Below, piece by piece: positions 1 to 8,141 of a stretch of DNA of 64,000 nt. Both the position numbers and the translations under genes were made by a program. Numbering within the stretch: position 1 is the first letter of the stretch; each line of letters begins with the position of its first letter. The stretch spans positions 1,172 through 65,171 of the forward strand of contig CAZLUT010000002.1 in NCBI GenBank assembly GCA_964562805.1, written 5' to 3'. This DNA is from an uncultured bacterium (GTDB lineage: Bacteria; Omnitrophota; Omnitrophia; Omnitrophales; CAZLUT01). The notes below the pieces were generated by a model. The model ran no database searches, was not told where the DNA came from, and saw only the letters and a list, made by a program, of their open reading frames with translations.

Positions 1-2
1 CC

Positions 3-374
3 AGTGAAGATGCCGGAACAACTACTTGGACATGTGAAGAGGACCCTGTGCTTTCAGGGCCTTGCCCCAATGTTTCCGACACGGATTGGGAATGGACATG
101 CACAGATGATACCTGTACTTGTGACTGGGCCGGAAACATTGACTGCACCTGGACTTTAGATCCGGCTAGCTATAGTGATGCGGAGAGTGCGGCAAGCGAT
201 ATCTGCACAGCAAGTAATAGCAGTACTGATCCAATATTGGAATGTGAACTAGATTGTGAGGAGTTTATCGATAAGGATGGTGCCGTTAGCACCAATTGTA
301 GCAATCAGCCGAGCTTTTCGGGGCCGGGTTCTATAGCGGATTCGCAATGTGACAGCAGCATGGAGCCAGTCTAG
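3..374 (+). CDS. C-terminal fragment of an acidic Cys/Thr/Asp/Trp-rich secreted protein (5' end lies upstream of the window)
   Basis: Open frame 3 runs from window position 3 with no stop until 374. The translation has many Cys, Asp, Thr and Trp residues and no recognisable catalytic motif. Confidence 0.35.
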   Translation, partial: SEDAGTTTWTCEEDPVLSGPCPNVSDTDWEWTCTDDTCTCDWAGNIDCTWTLDPASYSDAESAASDICTASNSSTDPILECELDCEEFIDKDGAVSTNCSNQPSFSGPGSIADSQCDSSMEPV

Positions 375-412
375 CCTTGATTTAGCGGAAACTGCGGGAC
401 ATTAAAATCGTT

Positions 413-2395
413 CTAGTTATCGTAATAGCTTTTAATGATCTTGCGTAGATTTCTATTTTTAATACCTTCAATTATACGGCGCGGGATTCGCATTTTTTTC
501 TCCTTTTGAATATAAGGAAGAATTTCTTGAATCTCCTCATCAGACGGCCGCCACAACTTATCCTTTTCATCCATCAGAGTTAATTGTGCCAAAACAAGAT
601 CACGCAACACATACTTATTTAGAGGAGAAGCCGAATGAGCCTTCTTCAAATAACGAATAGAAGTTTCGATAAAGATTTGACCGTTGCTCCTTAGTCTGCT
701 GTTTCTAAAATAAGCCTTTCCAATTTTTCGGTAAGTATGGCTTGTTTGAGATAAGTCCAGTATTTTTTGGGCTGAGGCATTAGCAGTCTGAATGGAAATA
801 TTTTTATTGCGCATCTCCTTTGAAAAATTTTTTAACAATAAATTGACACTTGAATCCATATCAAAAAATAAAATATTTTCATTCAAGTTTATTCGCTGAC
901 TGAAAAAATCCCGAAAAACACGTTTTGCGGTCGTAAAAAGCCCAAAAGTCACAATAAAAAAGAGAAGCAAAAAGCTTAAGATGCGCCCTGCAGAAAAATA
1001 AGATAAGCAGCGCGCCTCGGAGGATTTATCTTTGGGTAAGAGTATATGAGTCAGCGAAAAAAAAGAAGCCGCCAAGCCCAGAAAAACAAACATGTGGGGA
1101 GGGGATTTTAAAGCAAAGGTTATCGCACTGTGCAATCCTGCGGTTAACATTCCCCCTAGAACACCCAGCAAAAGAACCCAGCTGTCTAGAGAAATTTCCT
1201 TTCTATTCTTTGTGAGAAAAAAAAGGCGCTTCAAAGCTATCCCTATCGGGACAATAAGCAGGAAAAAGAAACCCAAGAAGCCTGTTTCAAAAAGAAGCTC
1301 AAGATAATCGTTGTGAGCATGGGTAATCCGGGGTCCTGACTTAATTAAAGCTGTTTGATATGCCGGATAAACAGCATAAAAAGTACAGATTCCTGTTCCC
1401 AAAAAAGGACGTTCTTTGATTACGTCTATACTGTCTAAAATAATCGAAGGTCTAAAAAAAAGACGAGCTTCTTCAAATTTACCTTGAGCGGCGCTTAAAG
1501 TATCGAAATAAGAAACGTTTATGCGATTTAAAAAGACGTTTTTCCCAATTAAGTGGGACATGCCGCCAAAAAGGCAGGCTAGAAACAAAAGCGTTACGAT
1601 CAAAATAATTACGGTTTTTTTTGTCTTATTTTTTATCAAAAAAAGGTAAATTAAAGTTATTAAAAGGATCATAATGCCAGCCGAAGCAATAGCCCCTTTT
1701 GAATTTAACCAAACGAGTGCCGCTCCAATAATAATAGTGCCTGCGGTTCCTAAAATAAGAAAGTTTACCGAAAAACGACCCAAAGACCTTCTCTGACTTT
1801 TAAGAGTTATGATAGTTATTAAATTGTGAAGCATTGAAATAAAAGCAAAAGGGAAAATAAGATTCAAGAGAAAGCTGAAATGATTTGGATTGATAAAAAA
1901 TTTAAGATTCTCAATTTTTGGAATGACAGCTATTTTTTGAAAAAAGGCATAAATGGCTGCGGCAGCGATTAGAACGAAAACCCCGTTCATGAAATGATAA
2001 ATATTTTTTTCAGACCTTAATACGTCAAACAAAAGAAAAAAAATAAAAATATTTACCAGCACATAAGGTAGTCGCAGGTAAGTATTATAAGGTACCAAAG
2101 AGGCAAGAGCGCTTAAAAAGCCAATCTTTGAAGCAGCCAGCTGTAAAACGCAGAGGCACAAAAAAATGGCGAGTGAAGTCGAAAGAAAAGGCTCCTTTCG
2201 CGCGGCTTGGTGGAAGGATTTAGTAAAAAAATATCCCAATACCCAAACAAGAAGCAACGTAAGCGCTAAAAAATAAATGAGCAAAGCGTCTCTCGATAAT
2301 ATACCCCAAGAAGAAAGGAGGCTGAAGGTTAAAAGAGGGAAGAAGCCTGCCCAAAGAAGGGTGTAATTAAAACCAGATTTTAAATTAATTTTCAC
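413..2395 (-). CDS. O-antigen ligase/Wzy_C-family polytopic membrane protein (WaaL or Wzy-like) with a C-terminal soluble extension
   Basis: 660 aa with more than 10 hydrophobic helices. It carries the Wzy_C-type motif HAHNDYLELLFETGFLGFFF. The C-terminal roughly 200 aa are hydrophilic. Confidence 0.65.
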   Translation of the reverse strand: MKINLKSGFNYTLLWAGFFPLLTFSLLSSWGILSRDALLIYFLALTLLLVWVLGYFFTKSFHQAARKEPFLSTSLAIFLCLCVLQLAASKIGFLSALASLVPYNTYLRLPYVLVNIFIFFLLFDVLRSEKNIYHFMNGVFVLIAAAAIYAFFQKIAVIPKIENLKFFINPNHFSFLLNLIFPFAFISMLHNLITIITLKSQRRSLGRFSVNFLILGTAGTIIIGAALVWLNSKGAIASAGIMILLITLIYLFLIKNKTKKTVIILIVTLLFLACLFGGMSHLIGKNVFLNRINVSYFDTLSAAQGKFEEARLFFRPSIILDSIDVIKERPFLGTGICTFYAVYPAYQTALIKSGPRITHAHNDYLELLFETGFLGFFFLLIVPIGIALKRLFFLTKNRKEISLDSWVLLLGVLGGMLTAGLHSAITFALKSPPHMFVFLGLAASFFSLTHILLPKDKSSEARCLSYFSAGRILSFLLLFFIVTFGLFTTAKRVFRDFFSQRINLNENILFFDMDSSVNLLLKNFSKEMRNKNISIQTANASAQKILDLSQTSHTYRKIGKAYFRNSRLRSNGQIFIETSIRYLKKAHSASPLNKYVLRDLVLAQLTLMDEKDKLWRPSDEEIQEILPYIQKEKKMRIPRRIIEGIKNRNLRKIIKSYYDN

Positions 2396-2400
2396 AAAAA

Positions 2401-3765
2401 CTAATTTTGATCTAAGACAAAACTGCTGCCTTTTTGACGTTTCGATTTGTTTTTAACGGAACTGATGCGGTTTGTAATTTCACCATAGGAATCAAAGGGT
2501 TTTTCTTCATCGGAAAGAGCCGAAAGGGAAATGGACATGAGAGGAAATTTGGCAAGTTTTTCCCCCTTATCTTCGCCGCCCATTCCTTCAGCCCGTCTTT
2601 CCTTGCCCATAACGTAGCCTTTTGCCCGATCCTCTTTTGAATAGAGCTCTTTCGATTTTTTATCAAATTCGAGAATAAAATGTTCGGAGATTGGTTTGAC
2701 TGTTTTTACTGTCGAGAGAAGAACAAAGTCATCACCACCCTCATGACCCAGAAAATCATCAGCTCCGCCATATTTTTCCACGGCCACCTTAAGAAGTTCC
2801 GCCGTCATCTTAATCGCGATATCACCTGCGCCGATACCATAAGTGTCATTAAAAACTTTGAAATTATCAAGATCCAAATGAACGACAACAAATGTTTTTT
2901 TACTTTGAATTCTTTTTTCGATCTCTTCCCGAATCAGATAATTACCCGGCAATTTTGTTAAGGGGTTAGCATTTTCGGCGATATCTTTCATGCGAGAAAG
3001 TTCTTGAGTCATATCGTTAAAGGTGAGGCTCAATTCTTCTATTTCATCATTGGTCCTAATCCTCACCTGAAGCTTCAGATCGCCCGCAGCAACTTTTTTA
3101 CTTGCCTCATTAAGAGTTAGAATAGGTTTTACAATTTTTCGAGACAAGGCCAAAGTGTGCGTGATCGAAAGAAAAATAATGAGTACCGCCGTGATTATTA
3201 CGGGCACATAAACAGCCTTAAGAGCTTCCTTAAGATTTCCTAAATCATAAGCAGTTTTTAAAACATAAGCGACCTGACGGTCAGCCGTGAGGAGAATCAG
3301 AGTCTCGACGGTGCGGGCCCCCTGGTTGATGAAGGGATATGACCAGGAATCAATCGCATCGAGATCAAAGATATTCTGAATCCTCTCAAAATCGAGGAGA
3401 GAAAGAGGAGGGGGCGCCTGCCCTGCGCTCGAGGCCTCAGCAATAATTTTTCCACTTCGGTCCGCAATATAAATTTCACTTGATGCCTCGGATTCAGTCA
3501 GTTTATTAATGGCCTGCTGGAAATTTTGGATTAATTCTTTTTTGCTCTTTCCTTCATTGATTGCCTGATCAAGCGTGAGCTGCAGATTCTGGTGAATAAT
3601 GACTGACGAAAGTTTGGACCGATATAAATTTTGGTCAGTCGCATTTTGAAGTTGGTTATAAACTTGAATAGCCGTAAAAGACGCGATAATAACCAGCGCA
3701 AAAAGAACCATTAAGTTTATGAGACGAAAATTTAGAGACGAAGTAACGTGATCTTTTTTTCTCAT
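2401..3765 (-). CDS. Membrane-anchored sensor with a periplasmic domain, HAMP and a GGDEF-like domain (GGDDF variant); putative diguanylate cyclase
   Basis: N-terminal TM helix, roughly 150-aa periplasmic region, second TM and a HAMP-like segment. The GGDEF-fold motifs DPLTKLPGNYL, LDLDNFKVFNDTYGIGAGD and HEGGDDFVLL are present. The gene sits 6 bp from the upstream minus-strand gene. Confidence 0.7.
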   Translation of the reverse strand: MRKKDHVTSSLNFRLINLMVLFALVIIASFTAIQVYNQLQNATDQNLYRSKLSSVIIHQNLQLTLDQAINEGKSKKELIQNFQQAINKLTESEASSEIYIADRSGKIIAEASSAGQAPPPLSLLDFERIQNIFDLDAIDSWSYPFINQGARTVETLILLTADRQVAYVLKTAYDLGNLKEALKAVYVPVIITAVLIIFLSITHTLALSRKIVKPILTLNEASKKVAAGDLKLQVRIRTNDEIEELSLTFNDMTQELSRMKDIAENANPLTKLPGNYLIREEIEKRIQSKKTFVVVHLDLDNFKVFNDTYGIGAGDIAIKMTAELLKVAVEKYGGADDFLGHEGGDDFVLLSTVKTVKPISEHFILEFDKKSKELYSKEDRAKGYVMGKERRAEGMGGEDKGEKLAKFPLMSISLSALSDEEKPFDSYGEITNRISSVKNKSKRQKGSSFVLDQN

Positions 3766-3797
3766 TTTAGCAGTTAAACTCTTTCTAATCGGCTGAT

Positions 3798-3813
3798 ATT
3801 ATATTAATATAAT
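3798..3813. promoter_or_regulatory. Perfect 16-nt AT palindrome ATTATATTAATATAAT in a divergent promoter region
   Basis: Read directly from the 115-bp divergent intergenic region between the GGDEF sensor gene and the TPR gene. Confidence 0.25.
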
Positions 3814-3880
3814 CATCGGTAGTTTACTGTGTAAGTTGTAGGTATTTCAAGAATTACCTTAACAATTAAGGAGAAAAAAG

Positions 3881-5830
3881 ATGAAAGTTCGAACTCAAAA
3901 ATTAGCAAGAAACATCTTACAGCCTGTTTTTATTCTCCTTATTTTAGTGGCTTTTTTCGTTTCTTATAATGTTTACTTAGTTGACAATTCGATCGAAACT
4001 TTAAAGTTTTCATTGGAAGAAACCGCGACCGCTCAAAGCCCTATTGCTGCTGAAGGCGTCAGTCTCCTCCTTAGCAATGCTTTGATTTCTGAAACACCTC
4101 AAAAGATAGCTGATTTTAAAACCTTTAATATTTTGGATTTTGCCGCTTCCGTCGCGGGTGAAGCAGATTCCACCAGGCAGCTTAAGAGCGCCGGGTTTGC
4201 GATCGAAGAAGTTTTAGCTGAAAAAGAAAAGAAAAGATTTGTTGTGTTGAGGTGGCTTGATACTGCTAATCGTTATGTGCAGCGATTTTTTTATGCTGTA
4301 AAACAATTTTTTTCGTCCCTTTTCAAAAAGAAACAAACGAAGCCAATCGCCATTGTGAAGCCGGAATTAATGAGGGAAGCCAAGGTTCTTGAGAAAAAAG
4401 GCGACTTTGAGGGTGCTAAAACCGCGTATGAAGAGTTTTTGTTATTAAATGAGAGTGTTGAAGGTATTAGTTTTATGCAGACAAGACTTGCTTTTATTTT
4501 CATGAAATTGGGCAATTATGCTCAGGCAAATGATCTTCTTTCAAAAATTTTAGATTCAGCAGCTAATAAAACAGAAGTTAGAATCGCGGAAAATTTAAAA
4601 GACCAAATTAAAAGAATGGAATCTTTAGCTGGAAAAAGAAATCAGCTCGAAGAAGAAATAAAAACAATAACCAAGGTTGAAGATTTGCAGGAAGCTTATT
4701 TTGAAGTGGGCCGAATGAATACAGAGTTGTATGATTTAAAGAAAGCTCAAGAGGCTTTTAAAAAGACGATTGATCTTGCTCCGGATTCTGAGATTGCCCA
4801 GACAGCGCGTTTTAATCTTGGTTTTGCCTATAAGGTGGCCAATAACATTAAAGCAAGCGAAGAAGTGTTTTTAAAGCTGAGTAAGGGACCGGTTCCGAAC
4901 GTTTTACAGGTAGCCAGCTCGATACAGGTTGCGAGCGTTAAAAAAATAGCAAAGAAGTTCCGAGAAGCCGCTCAAATTTTGGAAACAGTCTCTGCTGAAG
5001 CTGAAGATGTTGTTACCGCGGCGATAGCTCAGTTTGAGGCCGGGTACGTCTATTTGTTCAATTTGAATGATGTGAAAAAAGCCCAGGAGGCTTTTGACCG
5101 TGTTAGCGAGCTTCAAGCCAGGAACCCTAATATGCGACTTCTTGATACCGGTCATGTAGGGGGCGTGGGCCAGTCTGCTTTGAGGGAATATGCGTTTGTT
5201 ATGTTTGAAAAAGGCGACTTCGAAAAAGCAAAAGACGCGTTTGAAACTATTTTGAAAACAGATGAAGATGATTCGTGGTCTTATGCCGGGCTAGGCATGA
5301 TCTATCTTTTAGAAGGAGAGCGGAAAAAAGGGTATGAGATGGCGAACAGGGCCTATACGATCAATCCCGATTACTATACAAGTTCCGCCCTTGCCTATGT
5401 TGAGGAAAAAATAGGCGACCCGGAAAGGGCTATTCAGCTTAATAAAAAATCCATTAAGCTGAATTCGGATTACCTTTATCCTTATTACAATCTCGGTCAT
5501 GTTTATATTGCCGAAAAGAAGTTTAAAGCAGCGGCCGACATACTAAAAAAGGGGAGAAACCTTTCAATTAAGCTGGGGCTCAATTTCCCGCTACTTCCCA
5601 ATAATCTCGGGCTCAGTTACTACCATTTGGGAGAAAACGAAAAAGCCATAGAGATGTTTAACGAAGCTATTAAGTTTGCCCCTACTCTGGCGGACGCGTG
5701 GTATAACCGGGCTCTGACTTATGAAAAAATGGGAGATAAAGATAAATATCTGCGTGACATCAGAGTGGTTTATCGTTTAAACCCAAAATACAAAGATATT
5801 GAGGAAAGAGTTCACAAAAAAGCAGCGTGA
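3881..5830 (+). CDS. TPR-repeat protein with an N-terminal signal-anchor helix
   Basis: AAGGAG ribosome-binding site upstream and an N-terminal hydrophobic helix. Multiple 34-residue TPR-like repeats occur, for example AYFEVGRMNTELYDLKKAQEAFKKTIDLAPD and AWYNRALTYEKMGDKDKYLRDIRVVYRLNPKY. Confidence 0.7.
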   Translation: MKVRTQKLARNILQPVFILLILVAFFVSYNVYLVDNSIETLKFSLEETATAQSPIAAEGVSLLLSNALISETPQKIADFKTFNILDFAASVAGEADSTRQLKSAGFAIEEVLAEKEKKRFVVLRWLDTANRYVQRFFYAVKQFFSSLFKKKQTKPIAIVKPELMREAKVLEKKGDFEGAKTAYEEFLLLNESVEGISFMQTRLAFIFMKLGNYAQANDLLSKILDSAANKTEVRIAENLKDQIKRMESLAGKRNQLEEEIKTITKVEDLQEAYFEVGRMNTELYDLKKAQEAFKKTIDLAPDSEIAQTARFNLGFAYKVANNIKASEEVFLKLSKGPVPNVLQVASSIQVASVKKIAKKFREAAQILETVSAEAEDVVTAAIAQFEAGYVYLFNLNDVKKAQEAFDRVSELQARNPNMRLLDTGHVGGVGQSALREYAFVMFEKGDFEKAKDAFETILKTDEDDSWSYAGLGMIYLLEGERKKGYEMANRAYTINPDYYTSSALAYVEEKIGDPERAIQLNKKSIKLNSDYLYPYYNLGHVYIAEKKFKAAADILKKGRNLSIKLGLNFPLLPNNLGLSYYHLGENEKAIEMFNEAIKFAPTLADAWYNRALTYEKMGDKDKYLRDIRVVYRLNPKYKDIEERVHKKAA

Positions 5831-5907
5831 TGTTTACAAATTACCCAACGTCAAAAATTAACTTATTATACTAAAAATAAGTTTGTCAAAAGCCGTTAAT
5901 TCAAACA

Positions 5908-7434
5908 ATGAGACCATTTAAAGATCTAACAGGTATTTTTTGTCTGCTTGTGATTATGTCACTTCTATTTCTTTCTATTCCAAAAAACTCTTTTGCCGGC
6001 GAAGATTTTGATAAATGGGAATTCTCGCGGCTCGCGGCTCTCCATAGCGAGATTGTCCGGGAAGCCGATGCTAAAGCGGCAGAAGCCAAGGAAGCCAAGG
6101 CTAAAGAGGCGAAAGAAAAAGAGGGTCTGCCAAAGGTGTCAGGAGAAGATGCGGCTAAACCAGCGGAGAAGGGCGCCATTCAGGTTAAAGATAGTCAACT
6201 TGACAGGTCCAAGGAGTCTTATTTGGACGAGTTCAAAATAGTAACCAAAAAGAAAAGCTTATTGGAACGGTTGAGCTGGGGCCTTAATTCCTCGATGAAT
6301 TATGATAGCAATGTTTTTAACGAAAAAAAAGGAAGCTCTGATTTGTATTATAAGGCAGGAGCAACCATTGGTATTAACGGTACTGATTTATACAAAGGGT
6401 TAGGATTTCGGCTTAGCTACAACGCGACTTGGAAGCAGTATTTTAAATTTTCCCGCTTAAATCGGCTGAATAATAATATCCTGTTGTCAGTACCAGGAAC
6501 AAATATGCCGCTTAGAATCGGAAAAAAATTGACAGTTACTCTTATACTAGGCATTAACACTAATGCGAGCAATAGCTCCACCAGCCGGAATAATAACTTT
6601 TACACACCTCAATTGAATGTTGAGACAGGGATTCTGGCCGAGTATCTTTTGAGCAAAAAATTTTCAACTACTTTTAAGTGGTCCGGAAGATTTAGACAAA
6701 CTAAGGGCAGAGCCGAGAGCTCTCAGGGGACAGTGGGGATAACTCCCGACGAAAAGGATTATATAATTCAATATCACGATTTTACTCACAGAATACTATA
6801 CCATTTAACTCCTAAAACCTCTGTTTTTGGTGGTTTTGGCTACGGATTTACCAAAAGCAGTGATTCTAGCTCCACTAGCCAAGACACCTTTTATCTCCGG
6901 CCAACGGGCGGCATTATGGGGAGACTGACTCCTAAATCTACTATCAATTTGGCCGCAGGTTGGACAATGCGAAAATTTAAGCTGAACAACAGAACAAGAA
7001 ACAGTTTTTACTTGCAGGCTGCTTATATGGTTGCTCTGACTGAAAAATTATCTGCCACCCTTACGGCGGTTAATGATAGCGATGCTTCAATTCTAAGTAA
7101 TGGCGGATTATTTGGCAGCGCCAGCGTCAAAACGGGGCTACAGTATCGGCTAACTAGAAAGGTGGTATGCTCGCTCAGGAGCGGTATTAGGATGACGCAA
7201 CCTCTTGATGATGATGTGGAAGCAAGCGGTAACGCCACTAATACGGCAGCTGTCCGAGAAGATGCGGGGGACCGTAAAGAATATACTTTTGATGTCGATA
7301 CAAGTATCAGGTATAGTGTATTTAGATGGCTTTCGGTTGGAGCGCATTATAGGTTTGAAGCTCGAAAGGCTGACCGGCCGTCTGGCGGATACGTGTCGCA
7401 TTTGGGGACAATAGATGCTAGAATTAGCGCATGA
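5908..7434 (+). CDS. Putative outer-membrane beta-barrel protein associated with polysaccharide export
   Basis: Signal peptide ending FAGEDF, then a low-complexity AEAKEAKAKEAKEKE linker. The remainder has alternating hydrophobic/polar beta-strand periodicity and sits directly upstream of the wza and wzc homologues. The C-terminus is not aromatic, which is unusual for a barrel. Confidence 0.4.
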   Translation: MRPFKDLTGIFCLLVIMSLLFLSIPKNSFAGEDFDKWEFSRLAALHSEIVREADAKAAEAKEAKAKEAKEKEGLPKVSGEDAAKPAEKGAIQVKDSQLDRSKESYLDEFKIVTKKKSLLERLSWGLNSSMNYDSNVFNEKKGSSDLYYKAGATIGINGTDLYKGLGFRLSYNATWKQYFKFSRLNRLNNNILLSVPGTNMPLRIGKKLTVTLILGINTNASNSSTSRNNNFYTPQLNVETGILAEYLLSKKFSTTFKWSGRFRQTKGRAESSQGTVGITPDEKDYIIQYHDFTHRILYHLTPKTSVFGGFGYGFTKSSDSSSTSQDTFYLRPTGGIMGRLTPKSTINLAAGWTMRKFKLNNRTRNSFYLQAAYMVALTEKLSATLTAVNDSDASILSNGGLFGSASVKTGLQYRLTRKVVCSLRSGIRMTQPLDDDVEASGNATNTAAVREDAGDRKEYTFDVDTSIRYSVFRWLSVGAHYRFEARKADRPSGGYVSHLGTIDARISA

Positions 7435-8141
7435 GGTTTGCTTTGGTTAAAAAAACATTAAAAGTTAACGGATTAATGTCTTTGTTGCTGCTCATGGCGC
7501 TGGCGTTCGCTGTATCAATCTCAGCCCAAATAGATTCTAAAAAGAATGATGCCGATTTATTAAAAACCGGCGAAGAACCCGCCGATTTATCCGAGGAAAA
7601 TTTTTTGGAAATAGATCTCGATATTCAGCCAACTGACGTTCTTGTGGTTGATGTTCATGGTGAATCTAACCTTTCAAAAACAGTAGAGGTTGACAAAAAA
7701 GGCTTTATTAATTATCCGCTTATTGGGCAGGTTAAGGTCGAAGGTTTATCAAAAGAAGAAGCGGAGGATCGGATTCATGCGTTATTTGAGAAAGACTATT
7801 TAGTAAATCCGCTGATCGCAGTCGATAAGGTGGTAAGGCAGAAGGAGGAAGAAGAAGAAGAACCTGCTGATATGTCAACTTATATTATCTTGGGCGAAGT
7901 GAAAAAACCCGGAACATATGAATTTGATCCAGAAGAAGGTAAAATGACTCTTTTAAAAGCTATCTCGATTGCAGGTGGTTTTTCACCTATTGCGAATAAA
8001 GGTAAAATAAAAATGCTTCGTCGTGACGGAGTGGAGACAGAGGCCTTCATTATTAACTTTAAAGACATTGTTAAGGGCGAGCGTCCGGATGAAGAGCTGC
8101 AGAATGAGGATTTGATTGTAGTAGCAGAAAGTTTACTGTAA
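7431..8141 (+). CDS. Polysaccharide export protein (Wza/Poly_export plus SLBB domain, short form)
   Basis: Signal peptide. Poly_export-like motif PLIGQVKVEGLSKEEAEDRI...YLVNP and SLBB-like segment YIILGEVKKPGTYEF...LLKAISIAGGF. ATGA overlap with the upstream gene. Confidence 0.75.
   Translation: MRFALVKKTLKVNGLMSLLLLMALAFAVSISAQIDSKKNDADLLKTGEEPADLSEENFLEIDLDIQPTDVLVVDVHGESNLSKTVEVDKKGFINYPLIGQVKVEGLSKEEAEDRIHALFEKDYLVNPLIAVDKVVRQKEEEEEEPADMSTYIILGEVKKPGTYEFDPEEGKMTLLKAISIAGGFSPIANKGKIKMLRRDGVETEAFIINFKDIVKGERPDEELQNEDLIVVAESLL

Noticed and set aside
1092-1307. 71-aa plus-strand ORF (Lys/Arg-rich) inside the ligase-like gene
   Set aside because: Antisense to a 660-aa membrane protein ORF. 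It is a low-complexity translation of an A-rich stretch with no ribosome-binding site.
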